Below, one piece after another: positions 26,173 to 39,397 of a DNA stretch of 64,000 bases (position 1 is the stretch's first letter; every line of letters starts with the position of its first letter). Source of the stretch: Setoptus koraiensis (taxonomy: Eukaryota > Animalia > Arthropoda). The stretch spans positions 13,516,001-13,580,000 of the forward strand of contig CM106586.1 in assembly GCA_048013815.1 (NCBI GenBank), read 5' to 3'. A program made the translations under genes and the position numbers. Under the pieces are notes generated by a model that did no database searches, had not been told where the DNA came from, and saw nothing but the letters and a program-made list of their open reading frames with translations.

Positions 26173-29100
26173 TCAAATGGATCCTGGTGATTAAATTAGA
26201 TTGAATGATGATAATAATATCTCGGATGTTTATGCTGGGTGTAATCTCCCTTCTTTTAAACTTTCTGTGCGAGATTTTGTACTCGCAAGGCTAAAAATCG
26301 TGTTTGTGCTTAGTTTGGTCAATCTTGTGCGAGCTGTCTCTCTGTGTGCGTGATTCTGTGCATGCTCACAGCACTGCAGTATACCTGCGGAGCCTCGGAA
26401 TTGCAATGATTGTAGTGATGGGGCAGGCCGGGACAGAGCTTCCTCTATGGGAGATGGGAGTGTCTCCCGGTGGGAGTGACGAGATGTACAAGGTGAAAAT
26501 AAAACATTGCTTAATTTTGTTCGAAGAATCAATTGAAAAGTTATCGAAACTTATCATACTCCGTGAATTTTAGTTTAATAGAGAAATGACGCAAGACCGA
26601 AAATTAGACCAGATGAGTGTTTCATATGAATGAAATGAATGAATTTCAGTGTGTTCAGTAAGTATTGATAACTTGTCAACAGTTGTGCGTCAGCTGCGAC
26701 TTGTTAGTTGTTTATTTTCACCCCGTCGTTCCTGTACTTTTCACATCTCGCCACCACGGTACCTACAGGTACCGATGGTACCTTAAGAGGTTCATAGTCC
26801 ACACCGCTAACAAGGTAAACCGCATTTCCGTTTTGAGCTCATCCACTCTGGAGCCCAAAACTCCGACGGAAAATTGTTCCCCTGGTTGAACCAAAGAAGA
26901 AAAGGTATACCAGAAAACCACTCTGGTGAATCGCACCATTGTTGCCACAAGCGCCGGGTAGAGTTGATTTTCTAGCTAACGCCAGCAAAACTCGATGCCA
27001 TCTGCCACTTTATTTAGAGTTTCATATACAGTTCTTTCAACGACGCATATGGCAGGTATTTGTCATCGTGAGTTTTGCCCGTCAGCTGCCTCTACTGTTT
27101 CTACCAACTACAAGAAATGACAGATACGGTTGAGAGTGGTTCGAAACGACGACTTTCTGTGGGGACACCACCGTCGTGTTTAACCATCTCTACAATTGAA
27201 ACTGTATGTATCATCTCATGAAGGTTTTCTTGTTGGCAAGACACATGAATAGCGGAATTATTCAATTAGTGTCCATTAGAAGTGCTATTCTTGAATTTAT
27301 TGTCTATTCAATAGACTCTATTGATTTCTGTGAAAACTTCGCTTGTAAACTGTTCGCCGCACAGAATTGGCGACGTTAGAGATTCATTGTGTATAGCTGA
27401 CAGGGGAAATGCTCTGAGGGTGGCTTGTCAGTGCCGAATCAGTCAGCCAGGTCGATTGGTACAGTCGTTAACATAAATATTTTTGGAGGGGACGGGATTG
27501 TGTGCATTCCTTGCGCAAAAGATTGGAACTTACGAAGAGAATTCGCATCTTTAGCTGTAATTCTGTTTCTGCACATGGAGAGGAAAATATTTATGATAGC
27601 GATTGTATATGTTGGGTTGCATGTTGCATGACTCATGGCTTTATGGGCGATTCTGAGAGTTCTTTTCCCTCTTTGTCGTTTATTCAGAACAAAAATTGAT
27701 GTTTCCCGTATTCTCCGTATTCTTGCCAGCGGGCAGAGAAAGAAGCGCATGTTGAGACGAGTATGCACAGAGAAATCTACGATACTTTTTTTCTGAGTGT
27801 CTGCTGAGGAAACTGCAAGTGAAATGCTCAACCTTTCCCGGTTCGTGGGATGTGTTGCTGTTGCATGGGCTGTCTTCGAGGGAATGTCCTGTCACCCTCA
27901 TACTAACAAGATTGGCCCATAGAAACGTTTGAGTCCCGGTCCAATTGTCGCCTCTGCTTCACCATTATACCCAAATCCAAGTCGACTCTACTCAGATGAA
28001 TTGACTGATTCTCTACCTCCAGGTCTCAACGTTATCGATATACGATTTCATACGACCACTTGCGAAGCATTTAGATAAAAATAAAATACAAGAAAAAGTC
28101 CACTTTCAAGTTTATCATATGTATCTCTGCATCCAAACCGGGGTATTCATTTGAAGTTCGGTCAGAATCGCTCACATTCTCCATTAACATAGCTTAGCAC
28201 TTCTAAAAATGCATCTATTCTAGATGGTGTGGGCGAATGGGACCAAATGGGACCGAATTTCAAAAAGATCCTCTGCTGGTATATAGAGGCCATTTCGAAC
28301 TATTACGTGCGAGAAATCTGTGCATCTAGTCTAGTCCTTGAATAAGAAATATTTCTTTAATTACATTGATACACAAGTTAATGATAGACACTACTCCATT
28401 CGGAAATGGACTGGAGACAAGAACAGTGCCACATTTAATTCCTGTACATGTCATACTTCCTTTACAATTTAATGGAGCATGATGACTGATCACTTGTGTG
28501 CTCATACAAGATTTACATTAGAATGTGGTGCTGGTCAGTGAAGTTTCCTTCAGTCTATTAGTCTATTGTGTGATGAAAAGTTTACTATAGTTGAAAACTG
28601 GTCTTAACACTCAGGTCATTTAGCTTCTCTTGACACTTTTCCTCAAAAATTTATTCGTTTGTCTGATTGTTTCCGAGCTTTCAGGCTTCATTGAAGCAGC
28701 TTAATTTATGATGAAATAGAGAGGTTGGTATGCAACTAAAATGCTGCATTGGATCTCGAACTTGCAAGCTGCAGTAAGAGTTTGGAACATACGCATGAGT
28801 ACATTTAGGCAGGCCCAAGTCCAACAAATCTAACAAGAGAAACAGTTTTGACACAAACACACATACAACTACTGTCTTTACCAACACACAATTTGATAAG
28901 CTCAGTGAGATAGACACTAGCAAACGGCAAAGCTAAAACTTGACTAATATCAGCGATATCGAGAAATTATAAATCTATGTGCTAACGAGACAAACGATGA
29001 AAGATTCCAAGATTTTCTAGAGGCTTATTGACTACAAACCATTAAGTAGATACTGTGAAAGGCATTTGGCATTCTCAAATCGCAGATGTTGCTTCGAGCA

Positions 29101-30878
29101 TCAGCCATCTATCAAACAACAACAAAAACACTTGAAATTCTTTAGATGCACATATACACACACACACATATTTATACAATAACAATATCCAGATATTGCA
29201 AAAGGACATCTAAGAGGAATATTGCTCTGAATTGGGATCAGAAATATTGATTACAACATATTTATTTTGATATAGAATCGGAAAATTTATATCCTCAATT
29301 TAATATATTTTTGACACATCACCATAATTACTGTCTTCATTACCATTGCTTTCATGCGAATCTACTACATAAATTCAACCAATTTTCATTTGTGACCCAG
29401 AAATACTACAAATAACTTCCATCGAATCGTTATTGTCATCTTCTGCAAGATTATCTTCAGCACTGGTGCTAGCCCAATAATTGGTTTCACAACGGCCCAT
29501 AACAAGTGAAAGCTTCAATCGCGGTTGAGTGTAAAGAGGTCACACATATCAGCCAGTCAAACAGATCAACAAAAATCAGGATAAATTTCATTGTAATGTT
29601 TGTTGGTATTTAACATCTCAATCTATCCCCACATATCTAAATACCCCACATTATTACCAAACTACAATAAAAAGCTAAGAGACACCCATCTACTTGTTGG
29701 ATCAACAGCTGTGAGATTTAAATTGATAAATTGAATGACCAGACCAATAGCCACAGCAATCTATTTACGAAGACAAGAAAAACTGTTGATTTAATTTTCG
29801 ATTGCGTAATATTTGTGAAGCCTCAGAATAGAAGGGCATCCACCAAATCAAGCATTGGAGAGAATAAGAGGCACACCTAGGAAGCTCCTGCTAGTTGTAG
29901 GATCATTCGAACTAAAGAGAATAGATCTACCATTGTTTGGATTCTATCAAAACTAGCCTACTTTATCTCACCAATAGTGGTGGTAACGGATAGGTCACAT
30001 TTGGGAAAAAAATCATCAAAGAAAACAACAGAAAGAGACGCACTTATCGCAAATAGAATTTCATACGATTTTCTCACATACACATCACATACACATAAGC
30101 ACACACCAACATTCACACAAGCACTAATATAAAGACACACGCAGACAATTCTGCCCATCTGTAACTCGGCAATACAAAATACTTAAGCACAAACAAAACC
30201 ACATATACACAAATGCACATGCACACACATACAGAGGGATTGCACCAAACTTATAGTTGATTGTGGAGAACCCTTAAGAATAAGGTCGACAAATTGAATA
30301 GAGCTGAAGGTTCTTCGCACTCTAAGATTGATATCCTCTCATATTGCCAGAGTGGGACACTAACATCAAGACATACAGCATGGATTCTGGATCAATTCAT
30401 ATACGCACTGCCTACAAAAATCCTAATATAATACAAATTAATTGACTAACTAGCTTGCCGCCTCATCATTACATGAATGAATTATTATATAAGATTGTTC
30501 AGGATCACAGTTTCAATTATGTCCTGAGCATCTGCATTCAGGGCAACTTCTATTTAGGATATTAACTTTATACCATAGATAGAAAGAGATAGATAAATAG
30601 ATCATTACTAAGCAACTTCCTAGATAATTAACATTATTATTACATGCTTATGCAACTCGCACAAAATCAGGTACGACCCTTTTGTTCTGATGTTAAAGCC
30701 ATTCATCGTCTCCAGAATTTAGGCAAGTCGTCATTAATGCAATACAGCCAGTGTTTGGTCTAAATATTATTTAAGACCTTGATACAAAATACTACTGAAT
30801 TTATTCAAGTAATTGAATGTAAATCCCAGCTAACAATTAGATAGGCCAGATTTTATTCAATTTCTTTCCATCGGCAAG

Positions 30879-33800
30879 ATGAAACCTCGACCTAGATTAC
30901 CTCGTCCGCCGTCGATGAATGTCGATCCCAATAGTACATTATCGTCCTCCCCGTCATCGCTAGTTTCCACATTAGAGTATCAGCGAAAGCAAGCTTATCT
31001 GGAGGCTGCTGTCGCTGCGCAGCAACAGCAGCAGCAACTGCAGCTCTACAGTCAACAACAGAATAAACAGATAAAAGCCGTACAAAAATCTATCATGTCA
31101 CACCAAAGGAGTCAAGATCGAGGTACCAATAATCATTTTATCAATAATAACAATAATAATAATACCTTAACTAAGCATCAACAATTGCAACAATTGTTGA
31201 AAAACAATACCGATAATATTAGTGGTAATCAGAATCACAACTTGAGTTCGTCAACAAAACAATCACCATTCGCCTTAAACTGTAAAAACTGGCCCAAAGG
31301 ATCAGTCTCAACCTCCCAGGCACCACCTTCTATGCCTACATCACTATTGAATTTGGCTGCTTGTTCATCGTCATCCAATCAAGGCCAATCACCAAACTCT
31401 GGATCTAGTTCCTCAACAAGATCTCGCAACACAACCCAAAGTAGAGTTAGTGCAAATATTAATACAGCCACAGGCAATATGCCAGCTACTCGTTCTTCGC
31501 TGATTAAGAATAACAATATTCCCAGAAGCAGAAACCAAGCCTCACTACTCCAAGATGATGTGTCCAGACCGAGCCGATTGAATAGCGCAAGTAATATCTC
31601 AGTCTTGCAAAAGCCCAACGTTAAACAAGTCCAAACACCAAATAACCAAATCGGGTCCAGGAGATTGTCTTCTAGGTCCAATAAAAGTGATCTTGATCAA
31701 AGTCATTTGGGATCTCAATCAGTGACCATAGAACTTGTCAGTTCCTCCCATTCTTCTGATGATAGACAGCAAGCGAACACGAAAGTCGACCATCAAGAGA
31801 AAGATATAGATAGTTTAGCTTTATCTAGGACAGCCGATGATTCCGTTCTTCAACCACCAATCTCATTAGGTAATAAAAGTCGCAAACATGTGAATGCCTA
31901 TGCAAGCGGTATGTTGAGTGAGTATCGAGAATTCTAATTATCAACCACATGTCTATCATGATAAACTATGAAAGAATGCGAGTCTAACCTTTGTATTGAT
32001 TATTTTTGATTTCTAGGTGATTCAGACCAATTGACGAATGAAGTCAAAAGTTTGGTGTTGGAGGAATGCAATATAATTTATGAATGCAAATCATGTAGCA
32101 ATCTTTTTAGGAGTTTACCGAATTTTGTCAAGCACAAACGGTCTTTTTGCCAAATGCGTTCGACGATCCCAGACGAAGGAACTGCCAAGAGTAGGTCCAT
32201 AGCATCACTGCTCGCTGCTGATTCGACTTCCAAAATGAGGGTTGAGGATAAAAACTCGACTGGATTCTCAAATGAGGAGCAAGATATCAGTTTTAGTTTG
32301 GAACCCAACAGTGCCGTTGTCGATTTTAGACCCCAAGATTATGAAAATGGAGATATAGTTACACATACCTACAATTCTAGAGGTTCTGGAAAAAGGTACA
32401 ACCTCGTCAACGAGCTGCGTATGATGAGATTACTTCAAAATCATGATCGAAAGGATCAGCAGCAAAGAGAAGCGGCTCGACAAAAAGAGCGGAGTCTAAT
32501 CAATAGCGAGACAATTCCTGCCGAGACTAGTCTGTCTAAATTACTACAGAGTCAACCGAAAGCTCGCCTTCCTGCCTCCCAAGACAAAGCATTGATAGAG
32601 GCTTTGACAATCGCCACAGCTACATCTCCACCTGTTAATTCAAACGATCAGCGAAATCCTAGTTTTGAAATGAACAATCTCAAAGACACAACTAGGGCCC
32701 CGTCCAGGAAGGCTAGTTCCATACTATCTACAAAATCTCTGATCTCTGTTGAACAAGATAATACAATTAAGGGGACAATCACCGACACGATTGAACCGCG
32801 AGGTTCACAGAACACCAAAGAACCACAGAATATTACAAGAAAGATTGCTCCAAAAAGAAAATTTCTCGAAGATTGTATTCAAAAGGTGAAGAGAGACAAA
32901 AAGTTAGTTGAAGAAGATGACCCACCCATGGACGTCCAGTTGACATCAATAGGCTCAAATTCGAATGCTGTTCTTCAAACAACATCGATCAACGGTCAAA
33001 ATGAACTTTCTGAGGTGGAAGATCGTATAAATGTGACAGCAAGCACGGCTGAGGTACTCACGAAGGTTGAAAGCGGCAACAATTCACAATTCGACACCGA
33101 CTCAGATGATATGTTAACAATTGATTTAGAAAGGGCAGAGGCTACTAAAAAGAAAGCTCAGCCAACTAGAGGTCGAAGGAGGTCTGCCAATAGTTCAAGT
33201 TCTAAGGTCTCCTCTTCTTCAGCACTGCTCAAAGCTTTGACTCGGCCTGTCCTCGAACATAACCAAACCGTTAGAGATATATCAAACACATCCTCCGCGA
33301 GTAGCTTGGCCAATCAGGAGGTATCTAAACCAACTGGAGAAAGTACTCAGGTAGATAAGGACGATTCAACATCTTGGATATCGCAAGTAGACATCAAATC
33401 GACTTGCGATATTTGCAACGTAGATTTTGAGAACTCATCATCATTGATAAAGCACAACGAAGCTGAACACTTGATTGAAAAATTTGTTTACCCTTGCATT
33501 TTATGTTCGATGAGTTTCATATTATTAGAGAATGCATGCAGACATATAATAGAGATACACAACAAATCTAAGGACCAACTTATTCGCTTAAAAGAAGTAG
33601 TCAAATCCAGATCTCATCTGACTACAGATTTCTCTACGTGCGAAGATTATGTGCCTTCCAAGGTATCAGCAAATACTCCCATTCGAGACGCAGGTAGTTC
33701 TATTTCCACTACAATGACATCGAATGATATGACTGAACCTACTGTAAATATCGAGAATCAAACCTCAGCATCAGAGCAACTTAGGATACAAGAGAACTCC

Positions 33801-34757
33801 AATGCCATATCAGGGGAGTCGGTTGAAGAAGCAAACACTCGATCTCCTGAAAAAAATGTCAAAGAGGGAAGCATTGACTTAATCGTGGATGATATTGTCA
33901 CTCAATTAGTTGATGGTCATCCAGCCGGAGTTGACAATTCAGCTAAAGAATTGACTGTGGAAGAAAAGCCGGAGGTAACCGAAGACCAATCCAGCGTGAC
34001 TGAGGGCACTGCTAAGCAGAATTTCTCTCTAGATCTTCACGTCGATGATAAAGAGAGCTGTGAAGATGGGCCTCTGCGTGTAGAGAACCATGATGAAGAT
34101 TTTGAGGTTGACTCGAATCAGGATCACCAGCTTGTACCTGAGCATTATCAGTCTGAGGACAGTCGTCATAGTCAGTCCGATCCAGAGCAATCAAGCAGAG
34201 CGAAAACCACTACTCCTGAAACCCAATCAACTAATGAGGCATCCCGTGATTCAGATGTACAAGGTGAAGATCTTGAGGATAATCGTAAAACTATCGCGAA
34301 TGAAGGCCTGTCATGGGAAAGAGAGGTCAACGAGAGTTCTACTGATGAAATGTGTACTAGTGACTACCCATATGCCTCTGGAGATGAAACCAATAGATCA
34401 GATCACAAGCACGAGCAGTATGTTCATCAGCAAGATAAGCGTGATAGTCGATCGTCTCATAATCATCATGAATCGTCCTCACGCAAGCACCACTCCAAAG
34501 ATGAAACCAGGCATGGTAAAAGTCATGATAAAAACAAATCAAGATCTAGGTCATCATCTACTGAACATCTTAGATCCGAAGAGAGAACGCATCATAAAAG
34601 TTCGTACAATCTACACACTTCATCTGCCAAGAAGAAACACCAATCTAAATCTGAGCCAAAGACAAGTCCTGTACCCTCGGCGGAACCTATTATGAAGTTG
34701 AAAATTCAGCTCAAAACTCGCCCTGATGAGAAATGTAAAGTCTACGAAATTGTATAG
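30879..34757 (+). CDS. ZNF800-like C2H2 zinc-finger protein, 2 coding exons, ~1259 aa
   Basis: Exons 30879-31917 and 32017-34757 (phase-1 GT-AG intron, 3780 nt total). Finger EECNIIYECKSCSNLFRSLPNFVKHKRSFC resembles the ZNF800 N-terminal finger; central pair CDICNVDF...HNEAEH and CILCSMSF...HIIEIH. An AG just before the ATG suggests an upstream UTR exon. Confidence 0.8.
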
Positions 34758-34913
34758 TCTTGACGATTACAGGTCGTGATTACGGAAGTTAGCACGATTT
34801 AAGAAACTTTAATAAATTGTAAATTTTGTTGACAGATACGAGATTCTTTTTTACCCCATCTTCTTCGCCAGAGACTGGAACTCTCTTCATGGAGGAGCAC
34901 AAAGTTCAATTAA

Positions 34914-36724
34914 TTAGATCAAATCCAAAAAGTCGCCTGAGTACATCTCTTTCTCCATTTTTGCCTGATCATCCAACAGACTTGATAATCTCGATTTTAC
35001 TTGCTCTTCGTCGTTGAGGTGCAACTCGGCATCGTCCTCGCTACCAATAGAATTCTCGAATTTATACATGAAAAGATTTTTTGTCTTTTCCATTTCCTTG
35101 CCGACCACATCACCTCGGTCTCCTAAATCTTTAATGACTTGAGTGAATGTTCTTGAGTTGACCAATTTTAGTTGCTCGTTTTCCGGTTTATCTTCAAAGT
35201 ACGAATTAATAATGCTATCTATACTGATTTTTTTCATTTGTTTAATATCCATTGTATCCAGATCATCTAAATCCGCTTCGTCATCGTCTGAATCACTACT
35301 CCCTAGATCAAATGTGACATTAACTCGTTTCTCATTTTGAATTGCAAACTTGCTTTTCATGAAAAGAATTATGTCGCTATTGGCGACTAGATTCGGATAG
35401 AATTCTCGACTTACATCCAACGGGTTAAATCTGTGCGTTTTATCAGTGTACTCAATTCTTACCCGAATCAATGGAAGAGAAGGTCTAATGTATTTAATAC
35501 GGTTGCTTAAGGGTTGATTTTTAAATTCTTCAATGATAGCTCGAACGGTCTCGATAGCGTAATCTCTAGTGAGCTCTGCAATCTTTGGAGGTGTCAATGT
35601 AGTTGACTCTTCTTTCTTTCTATTAACATATTTTTTCACGTCTTTCGCAGACAAATCTCTGACAAACATACTTCGACACGAGTTCAATGTTATTGGATTA
35701 GTGAGAAGCTTACAGGCACCATCACCAGGAGATTCCTTATATACTGTCATGACTGCAACTTTTTTCGGAATAGCCTCTCCTCTCATTATTGATGTTGCAA
35801 CTGTGCTACCAGGTTGATATACAATCGTTGCTTCGTAAAGAGATGACGGTTCTTGAGCATCATGTTCATGTCCTCTTATAATCAAGTCAAAAAAATTGGG
35901 AGCGAAACTATCAGGTATGTGCTTTGATTCATCGTGACAAACACGATTCTGATGTAACACAAGTATACTATATGAATCCACAGGTGGAATTTCAAAGACT
36001 ATTTGATCATCTAACCAAAGTTTTCTTAGTCTTTGGTCTGGTATGAAACCGATACCATAAATGGCCAGAACTATGTCTCCTTTCTCCAATATGATTGGCT
36101 TGACACAGATTCTTTTGGAGGAGTCACATTTTCCAAAGTAATTGAGAAGTCCGTTGGTTGCTAGCGTCTGACATATACTCAGAGGATCGGAGCGACAGCC
36201 GTGGTCAGAACCTATTGGTTCGTCATGATTACCATGAATGGTAAATATAGGACAAGCTACGTTGAAGCTTGAACTTTCAAAATTTGCTTTCTTCATACCA
36301 TCGGAGTGTGAGAGATTACCGCTGATAATCCTGAATGATGGTCGCTGCCGATGATTGCTGCTGTGAGCCAACGAATACCTACGGATAATCTCTGAGCATT
36401 TAGTTATGGCAACTAAGCTGGGTCTTGCCACGTGAAACAAGTCCCCGCCCAACAATATAAAGTCTACATTGTGGTCAAGAGCTAACTCCAATGCCTCTTC
36501 GAAGGTCGCAAATGAATCATTATCTGAAATGTAGCATTGAGTGATGATAAAAGGGATGAGGTATCAAAGGAAAATCAGTATAAAAATGGAAACAAGATAC
36601 TTTAGAAACATTGGTGCCTAATTGGTTGTACTTGCTCACCTCTAATGGGGTCATCTTCCTTGAAACCAAGATGATTATCTGTGGTCACTAAAAATGAAAA
36701 CTTATTTCGTTTGCTCAGATCCAT
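34914..36724 (-). CDS. MRE11: Double-strand break repair nuclease MRE11, 2 exons, 564 aa
   Basis: Exons 36724-36640 and 36523-34914 (GT-AG, 1695 nt). Phosphoesterase motifs TDNHLG, GGDLFH, IHGNHD, LHQNR, GHEH, plus QPGSTVATS and PLIRVRIEY. Confidence 0.96.
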
Positions 36725-37093
36725 TGTGACGTTAATATTTTAAATAAGATAGTTTATTATTTAACAATTTAGTATAATAATTTAACACTTTAACGAAATG
36801 CTTTATTTTGCTGTCTGCGTTGTCTGTCTCGTTTGTAGAAAAGGAGCTACGTGCACGCTCAGATCAGAATGAGATACTATTGCGTACAACGTGCCAAAAA
36901 TTCGATTTGTTCCACGAGTGCACGTTCGGCCCATATGTGAGAGCTTATTTTTATGTAAAATCATGTTCATATATAAAACATCTCAAAAAGCAAACAATAT
37001 CCCGAGAAATGTAGTGAGCTCAGTAATCTAAATAAGGTAAAGAGAATCTCATCTCATATATGTACACTACACAAGCAATCACAGATGATTTTT

Positions 37094-37321
37094 TTATTTA
37101 TCCTTTGGTTGTACGCTATCCTCTACACCTAGTGATTTTTTAACATAAGCTAAAATTCTTAAATCGGACCTCTTTTCTACCGGGACGAATTTGTTTTGAA
37201 ACCAGATCCAGTAGGTTGAGAAGGCTGTTATACCTGCGCCAAAAAAGGCCAAGTGGACCCAGACAGGCCATGGCTTATATGGAACATTAGTCCTTGGGGC
37301 TGCACGTACTATTTTCACCAT
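37094..37321 (-). CDS. Uncharacterised 75-aa single-pass membrane protein
   Basis: Good Kozak context (accATGG) and one hydrophobic/aromatic segment (WPVWVHLAFFGAGITAFSTYWIWF) with basic flanks. It fills a gene-sized slot in the dense cluster. I recognise no family. Confidence 0.55.
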   Translation of the reverse strand: MVKIVRAAPRTNVPYKPWPVWVHLAFFGAGITAFSTYWIWFQNKFVPVEKRSDLRILAYVKKSLGVEDSVQPKDK

Positions 37322-37812
37322 GGTTCGCCCAGTTGATTCTTCTATACGGTTTTTTCGATCTAAATTCCAGGATAAATTGCCGATGAATAAGTGGTAATAA
37401 ATTTATATATGTATTCAATTGTTTGGTTAGAGACAGATGACACAGAGCTTGACTAGGTGCCAAATAGAAATAAAATCAATTGTCCCCATGGGTACTGTGG
37501 TGAACCGTCTATTGTGAACATGTGCAAATCAGCCTGTGATATTTACACAACTTGGGAGACAGCCTCTCCCACGCGGGAGAAGGGAGAAGCGAGAAGACGC
37601 ACTCTCACGGCACTGGCACGCATTCGCAACCGTAAAAACGCGAACTCATGTTCGAAGATAAAATTACCCAACTAGAGTTGGCACATGTCATTTGTTACTC
37701 GATTTTGATGATTTTTGCCCTTGCCACTTTACTTAAATGAGACATTGATTAAATTTAGACACTAGCGACAACTTTTTCTGATGAGCAAATTATGCTCAAT
37801 TATTACATACAA

Positions 37813-39397
37813 TTAACATCGTTCAAGTGCCACTAATTGTAGAGGCACCGGATCTTTCAAAATGTTTATGAAGAACACCGTACCTGTGCCCTCTTTGAAT
37901 CTCAATTCCTTTGGAGTGCTCTCACTTTTTCTGATCTCGTAGTTCAATATTAGTCGACAAGTAACCATTTTTATTTCAAGCATTGCCAAATAGTAGCCGA
38001 CACAGTTTCGCGGCCCCAAGCCGAATGAAGCATATTGCGCTGGATGAGGCAGCTCGCCTATGATGTCGAAACGTTCTGGCCTGAACTGGCTGGCTTCGGC
38101 GCCCCAAATGCTCTCGTCACGTTGTATTGAATAAGGTACCATGCATAATACCATTCCTTTCATTAAATTGAAACCTTTCCAATGAAAGTCTTCACATATC
38201 TCGCGTGCAGTATTGACAGGGGGCCTCAGTCTGATAGATTCTTTGATCACCCATTCTAAATATTTTGAGTTCTCTCCATCTTTTATCACTTCTTCGCGCA
38301 ATCTATCTTGAACATGCTTATCTTTTGCCAATTGCCACATCAAAGCTGTTAATGCATCACTGGTCGTATCCCAACCGGCCATCAGCATGAAAAATGTGTT
38401 CGCTAAGAGCTCTTCTCTGCTAAGTTTTTTATCATTGTACAAGTCGAGTAAAGAATGTATCATTTTTCTCTCTATTGTTTCCTTTCTTTTATTATCGACC
38501 ATCTTATTGATTATATCGTCGATGATGCCCGCTAAATAATGTACAAAGTCGTTGATCTTGAACATCCTAATCAATAACCTAACGAATGGTGTCAGTTCCT
38601 GAATATATAGTGTCCATATAACTACAGGATTTATAGCCTTCTTCATAACGTCTTTGGCACTTTCAACCAACGTGTTCTCATCCACATCATAATCAATTTG
38701 ATTCGGTTGATCAAAAGCAACATTCAAGAACGTGTCCATGACAAATATTTTGAATAAATGGTTGCAATCTATGACAACAGAACCTCTTTGGTGCATATTT
38801 GTCGCTTTCGATCTTCTCTTGAGACTGGCCATCAATTTGTCCAGACACTCTTCAACGTCCCGCTCTACATTTGCAGCTTTAAGTTTAGAGGGCCTTTGCA
38901 ATTCGATTGGTTGAAACTAGTTAGAAAACATGTCTCACCATCAATAGGAATATGGGACAAAGTACAGTTACTTACGTCATGGTGGACCCAATTGCACGAC
39001 GTGTTCTTCTCCAAATATCATCACGGGCCTGAAGAAGTGACACATCATTATGTTCACTCGGTGATCCAATATATGGTCTATTGATATGTTTGTGACTGTC
39101 TTTGACCCATATCTGATGGATGAGATCGAGATCTTTTGTGAAGATATAAGGTACTTCGCCCATGAAAGCACCATAAGTATTACCCTTCGTATAGAAGAAT
39201 TGGTTTATTCTTTCTGATCCAGATTCATAAGGTGTGTTTAGTAAATGAAGACTTCCACTTATATAACTTTTTATTTTCAAGAACGGTATCTTACTTCTTC
39301 GAATATATCTTCGAAAAATAAGATGTCTCCTGAGCACAAACATTGCAATTGCAGATAAAATAATGAATGGTGGCAGTAAAAACCACGGAATGAGCAT
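37813..39397 (-). CDS. Cytochrome P450, clan 3-like, 2 exons, ~500 aa
   Basis: Exons 39397-38976 and 38893-37813; the 82-nt GT-AG intron restores STMT-PSKLK (1503 nt). N-terminal anchor MLIPWFLLPPFIILSAIAMFV, C-helix WRRTR, I-helix AGWDTT, K-helix ESIR, FRPERF, heme motif FGLGPRNCVG. Confidence 0.93.

Noticed and set aside
26600-27950. Higher-complexity, coding-like stretch between DNAJC5 and the zinc-finger gene
   Set aside because: All frames I translated are broken by stops and I recognised no motif. It may be a decayed element but cannot be supported without a translated search.
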